Assembly (NCBI GenBank): GCA_965215565.1
Contig: CBDCDZ010000004.1
Coordinates: 2,912,001 to 2,976,000, forward strand
Direction of reading: 5' to 3'
Length of the DNA: 64,000 nucleotides
Origin: Trueperaceae bacterium
GTDB taxonomy: Bacteria; Deinococcota; Deinococci; Deinococcales; Trueperaceae
Shown: positions 18,930-28,750 of the stretch, piece by piece
Position numbering within the stretch: the stretch's first letter is position 1
Layout of the letters: each line of letters starts with the position of its first letter
Notes under the pieces: generated by a model
Database searches by the model: none
Told to the model about the DNA's origin: nothing
The model's input: the letters and a program-made list of their open reading frames with translations, nothing else
Program-made: the position numbers and the translations under genes

Positions 18930-20744
18930 ATGCGAACACCCTACTACTTCATCCTCGCCTGCGCTTTGCTGCTCACTGCTTGTGGTACATCCGACGACGA
19001 GGACACGTCTTCTGATGTGACACGCTTTACCGAACAAGAGGTCACCTGGGAGACGTGCAACTCGGTTGACTTGGAAGGGTTAGAAGACTTCACCGAGCCG
19101 CTGGGCGAGCGCCTGGAGTGCGCCACGCTCAAGACGCCCTTGGACTGGAACGACCTGGAACGAGACGAGATCAACCTAGGCGTCTTGCGTATCAAGGCGG
19201 CGAACCCCGAAGCGCGTAAAGGGGCCGTTCTCATCAACCCTGGCGGTCCGGGCGGGGATAGCTTCGGCATCAGCGTGTACCTCAGCTACCTCTTCAGCAA
19301 CCCCGAGACCGAGGACTTCACCGGGGCTCCCAACCTGGCAGCGGACGCCCTTCTCGCGCTTTCAGACAGCTACGACGTGGTCGGTTTTTCGCCGCGCGGC
19401 GTCGGGAGCGGCTTTCAGCTCTTCTGCAGCTCGAACAAGCTCGCGCCGCCCAGCGAGTTCTACACCGTCCGCACCGAGGAGAACGTGCAGGCGCTCCTAG
19501 AGGGGGCCGAACTCGAGGCCGAGGCGTGCCTGAACAATCCCCTGTACAAATACATCAGCACCGAGCAGACCGTCCGGGATATGGACCTCATCCGCGCGGT
19601 CTTGGGCGACGAGAAGCTCAACTACCTGGGCTACTCCTACGGCTCTTGGCTCGGCGCGTGGTACGCCAAGCGCTTCCCGGAACGCGCGGGTAACATTGTG
19701 CTCTCAGCCAACACGGACTTCGCCGCGACCTTTCAGGTGTCGTTCGAACGGCAGCCGGAGGGCTTGCAGCGGGCCTTTGAAGAGGTGGCGCTGCCCTTTA
19801 TCGCCCGTAACAACGCCACCTTTGGGCTCGGCGAGAGCGTAGACGAGTTGCAGAGCTTTTACCAGGCGCTACCGCCGGGCCTCAAGTTCGCGCTCTTCGT
19901 GCCCGCTTACTTGTATGTTTCGGACAGCGTCCCTGACATCGCCGTCAACTTTGTAGCGGTAGAGGGCGTCAACGCTGTCTTACAGGGAACGGAAGGGGAA
20001 CTCGACCCCGACGCCTTTTTCGAAGGGGTGGAGAACTACACCTACGCCGAGGATGCGGACCTAGACGAGGTGGCGCGTGACGCGGCTCTCTTTCTAGCGG
20101 ACGCCTACCTGTTCTACTTGGAGATCATTGCGGAACCGTTCTCCGTAACGCTGCCGCCCGAGGCGGCGGTGTTCGACGCCATCTTGTGCAACGACAGCCC
20201 CTGGATAGAGGACCCGAGCTACTACGCTAGAGCGGGCAACGAGGCGGACGAGGCGTACCCGCTCGTCGGTGGTCTCCTCACCGCCCAGGCGTGCGCCTTC
20301 TGGACCCCGCCGACCGCCTCCATGCCCGAGGTGCCCAGCGACATGCCCCCCGTCTTGATGGTGCAGAGCGAACTCGACGCGCCGACGCCCGTCGAGGGTG
20401 CCCTAAACGCCTTTAACTCCTTGCCGAACGCGAAGATGGTGTTCGTGGAGAACGAGCTGACGCACGGGACCTTCCCCTACAGCGCGTGCGTGGACGCGAG
20501 GGTGGCTGCGTACCTCTTGGACGGCACGCTGCCGGACGAAAAGGTCACGACCTGCGAGGCGAAGCCGCTGCCCGGCGAGGAGCAGGTCTACCCGGTGGAC
20601 GCGCCCACCCCGATGACGCAGCGCATAAGCACGTTCTCCGTTCAGGCGATGCTAGCGGAACCCGAGACGCTGCAAGAGCGGGCGAAAGACCTCATTCAGG
20701 AGACGATCAGCGAGAACGCTCGAGGCTTTCTCGGGCGCGAATAA
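18930..20744 (+). CDS. Lipoprotein alpha/beta hydrolase, TAP-like (S33) peptidase
   Basis: Lipobox LTAC, NPGGPG, GYSYG nucleophile, D and H in the C-terminal domain. Confidence 0.88.
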   Translation: MRTPYYFILACALLLTACGTSDDEDTSSDVTRFTEQEVTWETCNSVDLEGLEDFTEPLGERLECATLKTPLDWNDLERDEINLGVLRIKAANPEARKGAVLINPGGPGGDSFGISVYLSYLFSNPETEDFTGAPNLAADALLALSDSYDVVGFSPRGVGSGFQLFCSSNKLAPPSEFYTVRTEENVQALLEGAELEAEACLNNPLYKYISTEQTVRDMDLIRAVLGDEKLNYLGYSYGSWLGAWYAKRFPERAGNIVLSANTDFAATFQVSFERQPEGLQRAFEEVALPFIARNNATFGLGESVDELQSFYQALPPGLKFALFVPAYLYVSDSVPDIAVNFVAVEGVNAVLQGTEGELDPDAFFEGVENYTYAEDADLDEVARDAALFLADAYLFYLEIIAEPFSVTLPPEAAVFDAILCNDSPWIEDPSYYARAGNEADEAYPLVGGLLTAQACAFWTPPTASMPEVPSDMPPVLMVQSELDAPTPVEGALNAFNSLPNAKMVFVENELTHGTFPYSACVDARVAAYLLDGTLPDEKVTTCEAKPLPGEEQVYPVDAPTPMTQRISTFSVQAMLAEPETLQERAKDLIQETISENARGFLGRE

Positions 20745-20754
20745 TCCATCCGTA

Positions 20755-20972
20755 ATACGGATTCCGGTTGATTACTGCATAAACTCCTTCGGAGTTGATT
20801 CCGTGCTCACCGGAATCTGTACTTGTTTCTGCTCGCTCAGGAGCCTTCAGCCGGGCGTATCGTGCCGTTGTAGATGGCTTGTGCTGGCTATTCGTTGATG
20901 TTACCACCGGCTGATGGCTCTTCCTCGGGATTAAACACGTTACAAAGTAGCGTGTTTAACCGGAAAGGGTAT
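20755..20972 (+). repeat. Family C structured intergenic element with ATACGG(A/T)TTCCGGTT ends
   Basis: Imperfect terminal IR plus internal hairpins; shares TACTGCATAAACTCC and TTTAACCGGAAA with 41758-41883. Confidence 0.65.
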
Positions 20973-21095
20973 AACCTATCTGAGCAGGGAGGGTCGCACT
21001 TTAGCGCCCCTCTCTAACTCTTGAATACAGCCTTTGAATACGGAGGGCAGAAGGTCATCACGCAACTTTTTGAACTGTGTCTCGTATGATGAGCT

Positions 21096-22541
21096 ATGTC
21101 CTATAACGTCCCCCACGATGCAGTGGTTGTCGGCTCCGGCCCCAACGGGCTAGCCGCCGCCATTACCTTAGCCCAACAGGGCTTAAAGGTCGCCCTTTTA
21201 GAGATGAAAGACAAAACGGGTGGCGGGATGCGCACCGAAGAGCTAACGCTGCCCGATTTTAAGCACGACACCGGCTCGGCCATTCACCCCTTCGGCGTCG
21301 GCTCGCCCTTTTTCCGCACGCTGCCGCTCGAGCAGCACGGGCTCACCTGGGTTCACGCGGACGCGCCCCTCGCGCATCCGCTGGACGACGGGGTGGGGGT
21401 CTTAGAGCGCTCCTTCGAGGGAACCAAGGCGGGTCTCGGCGTGGACGCTGAAATCTACGATATCCTCCTGCGCCCGCTCGTGCGCGATTGGGAGAAGCTC
21501 ATGCACGACTTTATGGGTCCGCTCGTGCGCATTCCAGACCATCCCATCCTCTTGGCGCGGTTCGGTGTGCGAGCACTTCCGTCCGCGACGCTCCTCAGCA
21601 AACTCTTCCGCGACGAGCGTACGAAAGCCCTCTTCGCGGGCGCGGCGGCGCACGCGATTTTGCCCCTCACATCGCCCGCCACCTCCGCTATCGGCTTGGT
21701 GTTTTCGATGCTCGCTCATACGGTTGGCTGGCCCTTTCCCAAGGGCGGCGCGGCGTCCCTGGCGGAAGCGCTCACGAGCCTCTTCTGTTCGCTCGGCGGT
21801 GAGGTGCATACGGGCGTTAGGGTGAACTCGCTCAAAGACGTGCCCGAGGCGAAAGCGGTGATTTTTGACCTCTCGGCGAAGCAGCTCTTAAAGGTGGTGG
21901 GAGACGACTTTCCGGCTCGTTATAGGGGCTGGTTGGAGCGCTACCGCTTAGGCGCGGGCATCTTTAAGATCGACTACGCGCTGGACGGTCCCGTTCCCTG
22001 GAAGGAAGAGGCGTGCTCGCGGGCGAGCACGGTGCATTTGGGCGGAACATTTGCGGAGATTGCGGCGTCCGAAAGGGAGGTTGCGCGCGGCAGAGCGCCG
22101 ACGAACCCGTATATCCTCATCGCGCAGCATGGTCCCTTCGACGAGACGAGAGCGCCCGAAGGCAAAGAGACCCTGTGGGCCTACTGCCACGTCCCCAACG
22201 GTTACGAGGGCGATATGACGGGGGTGATGGAGCGGCAGTTGGAGCGTTTCGCCCCCGGTTTCAGAGAGCGCGTTTTAGCCAAACACACCATGAGCGCCCC
22301 TGACATGGAGCGCTACAACCCCAACTACGTTGGTGGTGACATCAACGGCGGCGCGGCTAACTTGTGGCAACTCGTCGCCAGACCCGCGCCGCGCGTGCTT
22401 CCCTACCGCACGGACCTAAAAGGCGTCTACCTCTGCTCCGCGAGCACACCGCCGACGGGCGGCGTTCACGGGATGGGCGGCTACAACGCGGCGAAGACGG
22501 TGCTGAAGGATATGTTTGGGGTGCAGATTAGCCTCCACTAA
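21096..22541 (+). CDS. Phytoene dehydrogenase-like FAD oxidoreductase
   Basis: GSGPNG, LCSASTPPTGGVHGMGG. Confidence 0.85.
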   Translation: MSYNVPHDAVVVGSGPNGLAAAITLAQQGLKVALLEMKDKTGGGMRTEELTLPDFKHDTGSAIHPFGVGSPFFRTLPLEQHGLTWVHADAPLAHPLDDGVGVLERSFEGTKAGLGVDAEIYDILLRPLVRDWEKLMHDFMGPLVRIPDHPILLARFGVRALPSATLLSKLFRDERTKALFAGAAAHAILPLTSPATSAIGLVFSMLAHTVGWPFPKGGAASLAEALTSLFCSLGGEVHTGVRVNSLKDVPEAKAVIFDLSAKQLLKVVGDDFPARYRGWLERYRLGAGIFKIDYALDGPVPWKEEACSRASTVHLGGTFAEIAASEREVARGRAPTNPYILIAQHGPFDETRAPEGKETLWAYCHVPNGYEGDMTGVMERQLERFAPGFRERVLAKHTMSAPDMERYNPNYVGGDINGGAANLWQLVARPAPRVLPYRTDLKGVYLCSASTPPTGGVHGMGGYNAAKTVLKDMFGVQISLH

Positions 22542-22559
22542 ACTGAGGTGCAGTGTCGG

Positions 22560-22620
22560 AGCAATGAGGAACGAGCAATGAGTGAAAACCAAAGCTTTTA
22601 GACTCACCTGTCATTGCTCA
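22560..22620. repeat. Family B repeat, copy 2 (between convergent genes)
   Basis: AGCAATGAG...GAGCAATGAGTGAAA...TTTAGACTCA...TCATTGCTC. Confidence 0.75.
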
Positions 22621-22622
22621 TC

Positions 22623-23321
22623 TTAATCCCTCGGATACCTTATTTTACCCTCGTAGAGCGCCGTACCGACCACCGCGCCGTCAAGCTCCAAGCTCTCATA
22701 AAGCTCGAGGTCCTTGTCGCCCGCGACGCCGCCGCCCGCGACGAGCGTGTGCGGATACGCTTGGCGCATGAGGCTGACAGGCTCAGGGTCAATGCCTTTC
22801 ATGGTGCCGTCGCGGGAGATGTCCGTGTAGATGACGTGCTCGACGCCCTGCTCCGCCACGCGGCGGGCGAGTTCTCTCGCGGCTAGCTCGGTGATCTCGG
22901 TCCAGCCCTTAACCGCTACTTGTCCATTTTTTGCGTCGATGGAGACGGCGACGCGCCCCGGCTCGTACTCGGCGACGAGTTCGTCCAACATCTCGGGTTG
23001 GTCAATGGCGGCGGTGCCGATGATGACGCGGTCGGCAATCTCCAACCACTTCCGCGCCGTTTCCGCGTCGCGGATGCCGCCGCCCACCTCGACTTTGCAC
23101 TTGGTCACGCTGACGATCTCGCGGACTAGCGCGCGGTTGTCGCCCGTGCCAAAAGCGGCGTCCAAGTCGACGACGTGGAGCCAGCTCGCGCCCTTGTCCG
23201 CCCAGTGCTTCGCGGCTTCGACGGGGGAGTCGAAATAGACGGTCTCCTGGTCAGACTTCCCCTCGAAAAGCCTCACCGCCCGCCCTTTTTGGATGTCTAC
23301 GGCTGGAATAAGTTGAAACAT
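22623..23321 (-). CDS. hisA: ProFAR isomerase
   Basis: IPAVD, LHVVDLD, GGGIR, TDISRDG. Confidence 0.93.
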   Translation of the reverse strand: MFQLIPAVDIQKGRAVRLFEGKSDQETVYFDSPVEAAKHWADKGASWLHVVDLDAAFGTGDNRALVREIVSVTKCKVEVGGGIRDAETARKWLEIADRVIIGTAAIDQPEMLDELVAEYEPGRVAVSIDAKNGQVAVKGWTEITELAARELARRVAEQGVEHVIYTDISRDGTMKGIDPEPVSLMRQAYPHTLVAGGGVAGDKDLELYESLELDGAVVGTALYEGKIRYPRD

Positions 23322-23458
23322 GGGGAGAGTATAGCCGAATTCGTGAGGTGAGACCGCGGGAACGCCTACGGGTAGGGTGAGTTCGGTGGAACGAGGTTCG
23401 GGCTTTTAGCTCGAGCAGAACCCACCCTCGCTCAGGGGCGTATCTGTCGGGGGCGCAC

Positions 23459-24331
23459 CTATCCAAATAGGGGCGAAGGCTGCGGCGGGTAGTTCGTAAT
23501 CATGACCTCTTTACCCTTTGCCGCTCCTGCTTGTTTATAGTTGTTCATCCCATACTGAAGTTCCCAAGAGACGATATGCGCGAACGAAAAGAGCGCCCTG
23601 ACCTCTTCGCAGTCGTCGTAAGTGATGAGCCACTTGTGCCTCACCTTTTGCATCACGCTGGCGAAGCGTTCATGGTCAAAAGAGGTGTGCAGCGTCCCTT
23701 TTCTGCCGTAGAGCTTCGACTTCGTGGCGGATAAATAGGGCGGGTCTAAGAAGATAAAGACATTCTCGCTGCCTAACGCACCGGCAGACCCGGATGCTGC
23801 GGGCGGTGCTAAGACAACCTCTTCGTAATCGAGATTAGTAATCTTGGTTCCTTTGAGAAGAGGTGCGACGTGCCTTAAACGCTCGATTGAGGACTGCGTG
23901 AAGCGTTTTTCAAACGCGCCTTGTGAGTAGCCGCCCGCTTCGACTGTTCCTGAAAAGGTGATTCGGTTGAGGAGGAAAAAGCGAATCGCTCTTTGTAAGG
24001 CGTCAGCGGGCACATCATTGACGAGCGAACGGTGCAGCGCACGCCCATCGCTAGCCGTATCTTTTTGCTGTTGCACGCCCTCTATCAGCGCGTCCGGGCA
24101 GTCGCGTAAGGTGTGCCAGAAGTGGTAAAGCTCTGGGTTGAGGTCGTTAATCCAAAACGACGCTTCTGGGTATTTTTGCCGCAAAGCTAAGTAGACGGAG
24201 CCGCCCCCAATGAAAGGCTCGCGAAACTCGCTAAATGCTGGAATGAAGGGGAGAATAGTTTTAAGTGCCTTCGATTTGCCGCCCGGATATCTGAGAGGGG
24301 TTTTGATTGCAGCAGTAGGACGGTTTTTCAT
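23459..24331 (-). CDS. Dam/D12-class N6-adenine DNA methyltransferase (orphan)
   Basis: YPGGKS, EPFIGGGSV, NDLN, FLDPPY. Confidence 0.9.
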   Translation of the reverse strand: MKNRPTAAIKTPLRYPGGKSKALKTILPFIPAFSEFREPFIGGGSVYLALRQKYPEASFWINDLNPELYHFWHTLRDCPDALIEGVQQQKDTASDGRALHRSLVNDVPADALQRAIRFFLLNRITFSGTVEAGGYSQGAFEKRFTQSSIERLRHVAPLLKGTKITNLDYEEVVLAPPAASGSAGALGSENVFIFLDPPYLSATKSKLYGRKGTLHTSFDHERFASVMQKVRHKWLITYDDCEEVRALFSFAHIVSWELQYGMNNYKQAGAAKGKEVMITNYPPQPSPLFG

Positions 24332-24453
24332 CCACTATAGTATCAACAATTGCGTTGGCTAGCACTTCGAGCCTCCAGTCACCACAACCGCATCACAACT
24401 GTAATGTCGTCCAATAAAAAAGTAAAATAGTTCACTTTGCTAAACTAGCTTTA

Positions 24454-25050
24454 ATGGTCTCAACACGTAACGCCGAAGCAACCCAACAGCGGCTCATGGA
24501 CGCTGCCCTCTCGCTCTACGCCGAAAGGGGTTACGCGGGCACGTGCCTAGATGCGATTTTGAAGCGCGCCTCCTCGTCCAAAGGCGCGTTTTATCACCAC
24601 TTCGACTCGAAAGAGGCGTTGACGGCGCAAGCGCTGTCGCTCCGCTGGAACGCGATGTTGGAGACGGTCGAGCAGGTGTGGAGGCGCGGAGACTCGCCCG
24701 AGGAGAAGCTCAGCGGTCTCTTGGACCTCTTAGAGCCCAAATGTAGTGAGGGGCAAGTTGCGTGTCCGATTGGACTTTTAGGCTTCGAGTCGCGCAGTCT
24801 GCCCGCGCCGATCCAGCAGGCACTCCGTGAGGGGTTGACGCACTGGTCAGCGCATCTAGCGCAGCTATTAAAGGACTTAGATTTAGAAGATAGCAGGGCT
24901 CGAGCCTTCGCCGAGCAGCTCTTCTTGATCTATGAGGGCGGCGTGTTGGTCGGGCGCATCAGCGGATCATGTGGCTCCCTTTGCTCCATGCTAGAGGTGT
25001 GGCGGCAAGCGGTCTTGAGCGAGTGTACTCAGGTCAGAGGCGCAGCGTAG
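24454..25050 (+). CDS. TetR/AcrR family regulator
   Basis: SKGAFYHHFDSKE HTH; CPIG motif. Confidence 0.88.
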   Translation: MVSTRNAEATQQRLMDAALSLYAERGYAGTCLDAILKRASSSKGAFYHHFDSKEALTAQALSLRWNAMLETVEQVWRRGDSPEEKLSGLLDLLEPKCSEGQVACPIGLLGFESRSLPAPIQQALREGLTHWSAHLAQLLKDLDLEDSRARAFAEQLFLIYEGGVLVGRISGSCGSLCSMLEVWRQAVLSECTQVRGAA

Positions 25051-25287
25051 GTACACCACGCTGCAAAGTGAAATAATAGTTGGGTTGAATGCCGCCTTTT
25101 CCGGGACGTCCCTTCTAAACAACCTCCTCTATAAGTATCTCGAGAGAACGTTTGACGAGCATCGTGACGGACCTTGTGAAAAACGTGGCAAATCAGACAT
25201 CGCTCACTACACCCACCGGGAGCGTCGCGGTAGACTATAAAAGTAAAGATTTGACGTTAAACTATGGAGAGACTGTAGGAGGTTTCT

Positions 25288-25644
25288 ATGTACCGAGGAA
25301 GAGAAGGGCAGTGGGCGTTTGTACTCCACCGACTGTCCGGCGTGGCACTCGCCCTTTATCTGCTGCTGCACGTTTTAGATATCAGCTTAATCATGTATGG
25401 TCCGCGGGTATTCAACGCCTTTTTAGCGTTCTATCACCAGTGGCCCTTTCGCATCGGGCTTATCTTGATCATGGCGGGCGTCGTCTATCACTCGTTCAAT
25501 GGGCTGCGCATCATCTTGATGGACTTTACCGAGTGGGGCACGCGCTATCACCGCTCGCTCTGGTACGGTGTGTTGGGTATTACCACCATCATCGGCATCC
25601 CCGTTCTCATCAAAGTTCTCCCTGAAATCTTTGGAGGTGCCTAG
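25288..25644 (+). CDS. sdhC: Succinate dehydrogenase cytochrome b556 subunit
   Basis: LHRLSG, HSFNGLR; operon context. Confidence 0.92.
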   Translation: MYRGREGQWAFVLHRLSGVALALYLLLHVLDISLIMYGPRVFNAFLAFYHQWPFRIGLILIMAGVVYHSFNGLRIILMDFTEWGTRYHRSLWYGVLGITTIIGIPVLIKVLPEIFGGA

Positions 25645-26081
25645 TGGCCGTCAAAGCAAAAACGCTCAACCAGGCGAAAGCCTTGCATAACACCAATAGC
25701 GAACTCGCGTGGTGGGTTTTCATGCGCGTGTCCGGGCTTATTCTCGTTTTTCTAGTCTTCGGACACCTCTACTTCAACAACATCGCCTTTAACGCAGGCA
25801 ACATCGACTACGCTTACGTCGCCGAGCGCGTTTCGAAGCCCTGGATCAAGGTTTACGACTCGTTCCTCTTAGGCTTTGCCATGCTGCACGGCGTCAACGG
25901 ACTACGCTACAGCGTCGAGGATTACATTCGCAAACCGGGGCGGCGCTTTTGGGCGAAAGTCGTGCTCTACACAGTAGCTGGCATCCTTTTGGTGATTGGC
26001 GTGATCACACTTTGGGCTTTTTCATTCGATGAGATGGGCGACGCGGTTCGTGCGCTGCCTACCGAACAACATTCACAGTAG
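25644..26081 (+). CDS. sdhD: Succinate dehydrogenase membrane anchor
   Basis: MRVSG, HGVNGLR..EDY. Confidence 0.9.
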   Translation: MAVKAKTLNQAKALHNTNSELAWWVFMRVSGLILVFLVFGHLYFNNIAFNAGNIDYAYVAERVSKPWIKVYDSFLLGFAMLHGVNGLRYSVEDYIRKPGRRFWAKVVLYTVAGILLVIGVITLWAFSFDEMGDAVRALPTEQHSQ

Positions 26082-26093
26082 GTAGGAGGCACT

Positions 26094-27833
26094 ATGTCGA
26101 GAGCACATAAATATGACGTGATTGTGATCGGCGCGGGAGGCTCAGGCTTGATGGCGGCGCGCTACGCGGCGCAAGAGCCTGGTGTGTCCGTCGCAGTCAT
26201 CAGCAAACTTTACCCGACGCGCTCGCACACGGGCGCGGCGCAGGGCGGCGTGGGCGCAGCCTTGGGCAACGTCACCGACGACCACCCCGACTGGCACGCT
26301 TTCGATACGGTCAAGGGCGGCGATTATCTCGCGGACCAAGACGTCGCGGAGATGTTCGCGTATGAGGTTGTCGAGGCGGTCTACGAGTTAGAGCACATGG
26401 GTTTGCCCTTCTCGCGCACGCCCGAAGGCAAAATCGCTCAGCGTAAGTTCGGCGGACACACCCGTGAGTTCGGCAAGAGCGCCGTCGAGCGTGCGTGTTA
26501 CGCGGCGGACCGCACCGGACACATGATCTTGCAGACGCTTTATCAGCAGTCCATCAAGAATAACGTGACCTTTTTCAACGAGTTCCACGTGCTTGACATG
26601 ATCATGGAAGACGGCGAGTGTCGCGGCGTGGTGGCGTACGAACTCGCCACAGGCGAGTTGCATACCTTCCAGGCGAAAGCCACGATTGTCGCTACTGGCG
26701 GCAACGGGCGCATGTTCAAAGTAACCTCAAATGCGCACGCCTTGACGGGCGACATGATGAGCGTCGTCTACCGGCGCGGTATCCCCATTGAAGACCCCGA
26801 GTTTTACCAGTTCCACCCGACGGGGCTCTACAAAATCGGTGTGCTTCTAACCGAAGGTGCAAGAGGTGAAGGCGGCATCTTGCGTAACAGCGAGGGCGAG
26901 CGCTTTATGGAGCGCTACGCGCCCTCGATTAAAGATTTGGCACCACGGGATATGGTCTCGAGGGCGATGTACCTAGAGATGCGCGAAGGGCGTGGCACCG
27001 GACCCGACGCCGACTACATTCACTTAGACCTCACCCACATCGACGACCACATCATTGAGACGCGCCTGCCCGACATCACGGAGTTCGCCCGCATCTACTT
27101 GGGCGTTGACCCCTTGAATGAGCCCGTCCCCGTGCAACCCACCGCGCACTACGCGATGGGCGGCATCCCCACCACCATCGACACCGAAGTCATCATGGAC
27201 GGTGACAATACCATCGTACCAGGGCTTTACGCCGCAGGTGAAACGGCGTGCGCCTCGCTGCACGGTGCGAACCGCCTCGGTACGAACTCGCTAGGTGATC
27301 TCATCGTCTTCGGACGCCGCGCGGGTATCTTCGCCGCACGCTACGCCGCGGGAGCGGAGTTTGGCAAGTTGCCCTTAGACGCGCAAGATTTCTCTAGGAG
27401 TCAACTCGACAACGCGCTCAACGGTTCCGGCAAGGAGCGCGTGAGCCGCATCCGTAAAGAGATGCAAGACACGATGATGGACAACGCCTCCGTCTTCCGT
27501 ACCGAAGAGACGCTCTGTACGCAGATTGAAAAACTTAAAGAGCTTAAAGAGCGCTACAAAGGCATCGGCGTTGAGGACAAGGGCGAGCAGTTCAACACCG
27601 AACTCATGGAAGCCATCGAACTCGGTTTCCTCCTAGACAACGCCGAGCACCTCGTCCACGCCGCGTACAACCGCAAGGAGTCGCGCGGCGCGCACTCCCG
27701 CGAAGACTATAAAGAGCGCAACGACGACGAGTGGCTCAAGCACACGCTCGTTTACAAAGACGGCGACGGCGTGCGCATCGACTACAAACCCGTGACCTTA
27801 GGTAAGTACGAGCCTAAACCGAGGGTATACTAA
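26094..27833 (+). CDS. sdhA: Succinate dehydrogenase flavoprotein
   Basis: [22 protein letters not shown]. Confidence 0.97.
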   Translation: MSRAHKYDVIVIGAGGSGLMAARYAAQEPGVSVAVISKLYPTRSHTGAAQGGVGAALGNVTDDHPDWHAFDTVKGGDYLADQDVAEMFAYEVVEAVYELEHMGLPFSRTPEGKIAQRKFGGHTREFGKSAVERACYAADRTGHMILQTLYQQSIKNNVTFFNEFHVLDMIMEDGECRGVVAYELATGELHTFQAKATIVATGGNGRMFKVTSNAHALTGDMMSVVYRRGIPIEDPEFYQFHPTGLYKIGVLLTEGARGEGGILRNSEGERFMERYAPSIKDLAPRDMVSRAMYLEMREGRGTGPDADYIHLDLTHIDDHIIETRLPDITEFARIYLGVDPLNEPVPVQPTAHYAMGGIPTTIDTEVIMDGDNTIVPGLYAAGETACASLHGANRLGTNSLGDLIVFGRRAGIFAARYAAGAEFGKLPLDAQDFSRSQLDNALNGSGKERVSRIRKEMQDTMMDNASVFRTEETLCTQIEKLKELKERYKGIGVEDKGEQFNTELMEAIELGFLLDNAEHLVHAAYNRKESRGAHSREDYKERNDDEWLKHTLVYKDGDGVRIDYKPVTLGKYEPKPRVY

Positions 27834-27835
27834 TA

Positions 27836-27902
27836 GTAATGAGCAACGAGCAATGAGTGAAACCCTTTAGACTCATTGCTCACTGCTTTCAACTCATTGC
27901 TC
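27836..27902. repeat. Family B repeat, copy 3 (between sdhA and sdhB)
   Basis: GAGCAATGAGTGAAACCCTTTAGACTCATTGCTC. Confidence 0.85.
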
Positions 27903-27915
27903 GTAAAGGACTTAT

Positions 27916-28638
27916 ATGAACGCAGACGCAATGAAACCCAAGGAAATCAACGTCAAGATTAAGCGCTTCAACCCCGAAGAGGACAAGCGCCCCTACTGGG
28001 CGGAGTACAAAGTCGAGGCGAGACCGACTGACCGCGTTTTAGACGTACTACACGAGATTAAGTGGGAAATCGATGGTACGCTCTCCTTCCGCCGGAGCTG
28101 CGCCCACGGCATTTGCGGCTCGGACGCGATGCTCATCAACGGTGTGAACCGCTTGGCGTGCAAGATTTTGGTCAAGGATTTGGGCGATGACATCTCGGTG
28201 GAGCCGATTCGCGGGCTCGAGGTGCTCAAAGATATGGTTGTCGACATGGAGCCCTTCTTCGACTCCTACAAAGCTGTCTTACCGTACTTCATCAACGACG
28301 ACGCTCCGCCCACCACCGAGCGCTACCAAAGCCCCGAGGACCGCGAAGTCTTCGACTCAACGACGAAATGTATCCTCTGCGCAGCCTGCACGACCTCTTG
28401 CCCCATCTTCTGGACGAACGGCTCGTACTTGGGTCCCGCCGCCATCGTCAACGCGCACCGCTTTATCTTCGACTCGAGAGACGAAGGCACGACAGAGCGC
28501 CTAGAGGTATTAAACCAAGCCAACGGCTTGTGGCGCTGCCGCACCGCGTACAACTGCACGCAGGCGTGCCCGCGTGGGATTCCGGTGACGCAGGCGATTG
28601 AAGAGGTTAAGAAAGAGTTGTTGTGGCGTAGGGCGTAG
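27916..28638 (+). CDS. sdhB: Succinate dehydrogenase iron-sulfur subunit
   Basis: SCAHGICGSD, CILCAACTTSCP, CRTAYNCTQACP. Confidence 0.96.
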   Translation: MNADAMKPKEINVKIKRFNPEEDKRPYWAEYKVEARPTDRVLDVLHEIKWEIDGTLSFRRSCAHGICGSDAMLINGVNRLACKILVKDLGDDISVEPIRGLEVLKDMVVDMEPFFDSYKAVLPYFINDDAPPTTERYQSPEDREVFDSTTKCILCAACTTSCPIFWTNGSYLGPAAIVNAHRFIFDSRDEGTTERLEVLNQANGLWRCRTAYNCTQACPRGIPVTQAIEEVKKELLWRRA

Positions 28639-28661
28639 GCTTTAGCTCAGACTTAGAAGTG

Positions 28662-28689
28662 AAAGGGGCGCGATGATGCGCCTCTTTTT
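28662..28689 (+). terminator. Rho-independent terminator of the sdh operon
   Basis: AAAGGGGCGC-loop-GCGCCTC followed by a T run. Confidence 0.7.
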
Positions 28690-28750
28690 CTATTACTCCG
28701 CTATAACATCTGAATTTAGCCCACAGGGATGGCTTGTAGTAAGCTTAACT

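Noticed and set aside
24431..25072. 10-bp inverted repeat (TTCACTTTGC / GCAAAGTGAA) flanking the TetR gene as transposon ends
   Set aside because: Too short, with no target duplication or transposase; chance or operator half-sites are more likely.
25175..25192. Rex-like operator TTGTGAA...CAA upstream of sdhC
   Set aside because: The second half-site matches poorly, so it is not supportable.
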